A DNA stretch of 64,000 nucleotides. It comes from Eledone cirrhosa. Taxonomy: Eukaryota. Location: assembly GCA_964016885.1 (NCBI GenBank), contig OZ024749.1, positions 5,890,001 to 5,954,000 on the forward strand, read 5' to 3'. A model generated the notes under the pieces. That model saw nothing but the letters and a program-made list of their open reading frames with translations. It was not told where the DNA came from and did no database searches. The translations under genes were made by a program, and so were the position numbers. Shown in pieces: positions 59,584-64,000 of the stretch (the first letter of the stretch is position 1; each line of letters starts with the position of its first letter).

Positions 59584-59700
59584 GTAAATATACTCCAAAT
59601 ATTTGTCGAGTGCTTTTATATCAGTTATAAATATTTACTAGTTGTAACCCAACAATTTTAAATATAACTTTACATGTATATATATATATAAATATATATA

Positions 59701-60593
59701 GTTATACTTGAGGAGGGTCATATTTGTGTAATATTACCAGAATTAATAACAGAACACACTCACTGTTTGGTTGGTTTTCGCTTTTCGCTTCTGTGTCTTT
59801 TATATCGGTAATCTAATATACTCGGTCCTCAATGTTGCCATTGACTGACCGACGGTCAAAAATAATACAGATACAATATAGACACAAACACATATATATA
59901 GTTTATCATAAATCTTTCGTTGCACATCTGCAACATCGTCAGTGGTGCTATTGTTTCTTCCTGTTGAATTGTATGGCTACGCCATTTTTATTCAGTCTGT
60001 CTATATATTTTTTTATTTATTTGCTTGTTTGTTTATTTTATTTTGTCTTCTTTGCGCATGCGTTTGCGTGTGTGTATAGTGTTTTGTTTGATGTGTGATG
60101 TGTGTTCGTGATTGGGTGACTAATGTGTGTTTATGTGTTTGTTGTTATTGTGCTTGTGCATGTATTTATTTATTTATTTATTTATTTTATTTTATTTTAT
60201 TTACTTATTTATACTTCTCTTAGGTCAGTGTTGTTTGTTTGCGTGTTGTTGTTATTCCATTCATTCTTTCTCTTTAGTCTTGGTCTTCTAAGTTCTATTT
60301 CACCGGCCTCTCTGATTTGCCTATCTGCTGGGTCATTTCTATGTTTAGATATTATTGTAATTTCTATGTTGTCTATGTTAGCGTCATATTGTTGTCTGGC
60401 ATGTTCGTATAGTATACTATACGAACATGATATAAAAGACACAGAATCGAAAAGCGAAAACGAACCAAACAGTGAGTGTGTTCTGTTATTAATTCTGGCA
60501 ATATTACACAAATATGACCCTCCCCAAGTATAACAATATTTGTTTCGACACACGATTTCATATAAAAAACCTCGCAAAACTAATTCATCGCCG

Positions 60594-60595
<2 letters not shown>
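59701..60595. mobile_element. Element with ~105-bp inverted ends (59701-59806 / 60428-60534)
   Basis: gttatacttgaggagggtcat... vs ...atgaccctccccaagtataac; HHR-like core on the minus strand near 59915-59947. Confidence 0.7.
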
Positions 60596-60673
<78 letters not shown>

Positions 60674-60745
60674 ATTGGTAAATGATAACGCAATTGGTGC
60701 ACAGAATAAAGCAATATATACTACGACATAGGTGCCATCTTAGTA

Positions 60746-62257
60746 ACATCCCTTAGCAATAATCCTATTTCACATCCCTTAGCAATAATCCTATTTCACA
60801 TCCCTTAGCAATAATCCTATTTCACATCCCTTAGCAATAATCCTAATTCACATCCCTTAGCAATAATCCTATTTCACATCTCTTAGCAATAATCCTATTT
60901 CACATCCCTTAGCAATAATCCTATTTCACATCCCTTAGCAATAATCCTATTTCACATCCCTTAGCAATAATCCTAATTCACATCCCTTAGCAATAATCCT
61001 ATTTCACATCTCTTAGCAATAATCCTATTTCACATCCCTTAGCAATAATCCTATTTCACATCCCTTAGCAATAATCCTATTTCACATCCCTTAGCAATAA
61101 TCCTATTTCACATCTCTTAGCAATAATCCTAATTCACATCCTTTAGCAATAATCCTATTTCACATCCCTTAGCAATAATCCTATTTCACATCCCTTAGCA
61201 ATAATCCTAATTCACATCCCTTAGCAATAATCCTATTTCACATCTCTTAGCAATAATCCTAATTCACATCCTTTAGCAATAATCCTATTTCACATCCCTT
61301 AGCAATAATCCTATTTCACATCCCTTAGCAATAATCCTATTTCACATCCCTTAGCAATAATCCTATTTCACATCCCTTAGCAATAATCCTATTTCACATC
61401 CCTTAGCAATAATCCTATTTCACATCTCTTAGCAATAATCCTAATTCACATCCTTTAGCAATAATCCTATTTCACATCCCTTAGCAATAATCCTATTTCA
61501 CATCCCTTAGCAATAATCCTATTTCACATCCCTTAGCAATAATCCTATTTCACATCCCTTAGCAATAATCCTATTTCACATCCCTTAGCAATAATCCTAT
61601 TTCACATCTCTTAGCAATAATCCTAATTCACATCCTTTAGCAATAATCCTATTTCACATCCCTTAGCAATAATCCTATTTCACATCCCTTAGCAATAATC
61701 CTATTTCACATCTCTTAGCAATAATCCTATTTCACATCTCTTAGCAATAATCCTAATTCACATCCTTTAGCAATAATCCTATTTCACATCCCTTAGCAAT
61801 AATCCTATTTCACATCCCTTAGCAATAATCCTATTTCACATCTCTTAGCAATAATCCTATTTCACATCCCTTAGCAATAATCCTAATTCACATCCCTTAG
61901 CAATAATCCTAATTAACATCCCTTAGCAATAATCCTATTTCACATCCGTTAGCAATAATCCTATTTCACATCCCTAAGCAATAATCCTATTTCACATCCC
62001 TTAGCAATAATCCTAATTCACATCCCTTAGCAATAATCATAATTCACATCCCTTAGCAATAATCCTATTTCACATCCGTTAGCAATAATCCTATTTCACA
62101 TCCCTAAGCAATAATCCTATTTCACATCCCTAAGCAATAATCCTATTTCACATCCCTAAGCAATAATCCTATTTCACATCCCTTAGCAATAATCCTATTT
62201 CACATCCGTTAGCAATAATCCTAATTCACATCCGTTAGCAATAATCCTAATTCACAT
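60746..62257. repeat. 26-bp tandem satellite, ~58 copies (cacatcccttagcaataatcctattt)
   Basis: Period of 26 counted. Confidence 0.97.
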
Positions 62258-63569
62258 TGCTTTTCTTTCTTAATAGGAAGGTAAAATAACCATCAGTGCA
62301 GAGGGGCTGATATGATCAACTACAAGGCATTTGGGGGGGGGGGGGGGGCTCAATATAACAGCCATTCCATAGGTGGAGAGTACCTGAATGGATGAGCAGT
62401 TTTTTCCCTTCCACGTTACTTAAGTAGCAGTACTGAAGACGTTCTTATGTCTACTGAAGGACAGATGTTCTCTGCTCTACTGTATCTCTACTCCTTCATC
62501 AACCTCTATCTACAAAGTAATGGCTGTATTTTATCATCAAACCAATAATATTAATAAAAAATGACTAAGTACATACCAGTTGCACAATAAATGATTATTG
62601 ACTCTTTATTACTTAGTTGTAAATATATTTTCTCATTTTATTAAGATTATTTAGTTAATAACTGATATAAAACTAGTATTTGGAGATCATTGGTTACTAA
62701 AGAGAAGCCAAGCTTCCGTGTAATGTAGCAATATACAAAGTTATTAAGCAAACAACACAAGACATGGTAGTTGATTTATTAAAACTTCTGGACAGGGCCA
62801 TATAACAGAAGAGAAATGAAAGCAATCAAAATAAAATATGATGTCTCCCCCTCAAAGTTATATTAAATAATTCCCCAGTGGATTCTGTGCTGTTTTCTAG
62901 CCAATCAATAATTATTCATTATGTAATTAGCAAATCAAACCAAATAAGAGGTGAATTTAGAATTTTAAGTACCATAACTTGAAGAAATTACAAAATATCT
63001 GCTCTTATATCCACAGAATTATATTAATCCTGACACTTTGATGTGAAATTAAACTTTCTGCCAACTTATATCATATAAATTGGTTTTGATGTGATATTTT
63101 ATGAATATTTCATGGCTCTATAGAATTACTTGAGACCTTTATTATACACAAGCTCTAAAGAAAACCAGTTTTCTCCCAAATAGAATTAATATTAGAGTAA
63201 AGAATGAAAAGTAATTAAGTATCAGTTTAAATGCTATTCTCTTCTGATGGTTCGTAATCAATAAAGTACCTAAATGACTCAAAGTGGACATTACAGACCA
63301 GCTCTGCTGGCATGCATGTCACGAAACTAAATTTATTTTCCTTACTCTGACCTATTAATGAGTATATATCATTGATATATGGAATGTCAGAATCTACAAA
63401 CTTCTCAATAAGAAATTAGCATATTTACCCTAATCAAGTTACCATACAAAATTTATTAAATTGTACACAGAAGTAGTAAGCGGATTTTCAAAATTTGGCA
63501 GATATATTAATCGAGGTAGCTAAAGAGGCTGAGCATGAACATTAACAAAAAAACAAAAACAAATAATAA

Positions 63570-63963
63570 TTGTTTCTACTTTAGGCACAAGGCCAGCAAT
63601 AATCCCCAGTACATTACTGGTACTTTGTTTTATCGACCCTCTGAAGTATGAAAGGCAAAGTTAACCTTGGCGGGAGTTAAGCTCAGAACGTAAAGGACCA
63701 TAACTCCATGCCGTTAGGCATGGTGTCTGATGATCTACCAATATTGCCAATCCACCACCCAAACAAACATTAATAATTGCTTCTACTTTTGGCACAAGAA
63801 CGGCTATTACCCCAGTGCATTACTGGTACTTCATTTTATCGACCTCGTAAGGATGAAAGGCAAAGTTAACCTCGGCGGGATTTGAACTCAGATCGTAAAG
63901 CGCCATAACTCTATGCCGCAAAGCATGGTGTCTGATGCTCTACCGATATTGCCCATCTACCAC
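63570..63963 (-). mobile_element. Two tandem SINE family 2 copies (a third begins at the window end)
   Basis: Homology; repeated ttgtttctacttt...atccaccaccc. Confidence 0.8.
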
Positions 63964-64000
63964 CCAAACAAATAATAATAATAATTGTTTCTACTTTAAG

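Larger units (their letters stand above)
55351..59675 (+). mobile_element. Penelope-like retroelement with ~1.5 kb inverted terminal arms
   Basis: RT + GIY-YIG ORFs between inverted arms; HHR motif in the arms; ~90-bp tail on the right only; flanked by (TA)n. Confidence 0.9.

Overview
AT-rich, repeat-dominated eukaryotic DNA. The SINE/RTE repertoire and huge (TA)n tracts resemble an octopus/cephalopod genome (inference). No intact host gene is supported, and nearly all listed ORFs are microsatellite read-through. The window holds RTE and CR1-like LINE fragments, two tRNA-type SINE families, two Helitron-like elements, a Tc1/mariner-type MITE and several satellites. The standout is a Penelope-like element (RT + GIY-YIG, probably Naiad-type) at about 55351-59675. 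It is bracketed by ~1.5 kb near-perfect inverted arms, each carrying a type I hammerhead ribozyme (HHR) motif. About ten short fold-back or solo relatives from several families sit in (TA)n tracts and carry HHR cores with covarying stems. There is also a 531-bp tandem dimer with one HHR per unit (retrozyme-like; predicted self-cleaved 531-nt monomer). Coordinates were read by eye and may be off by a few bases.
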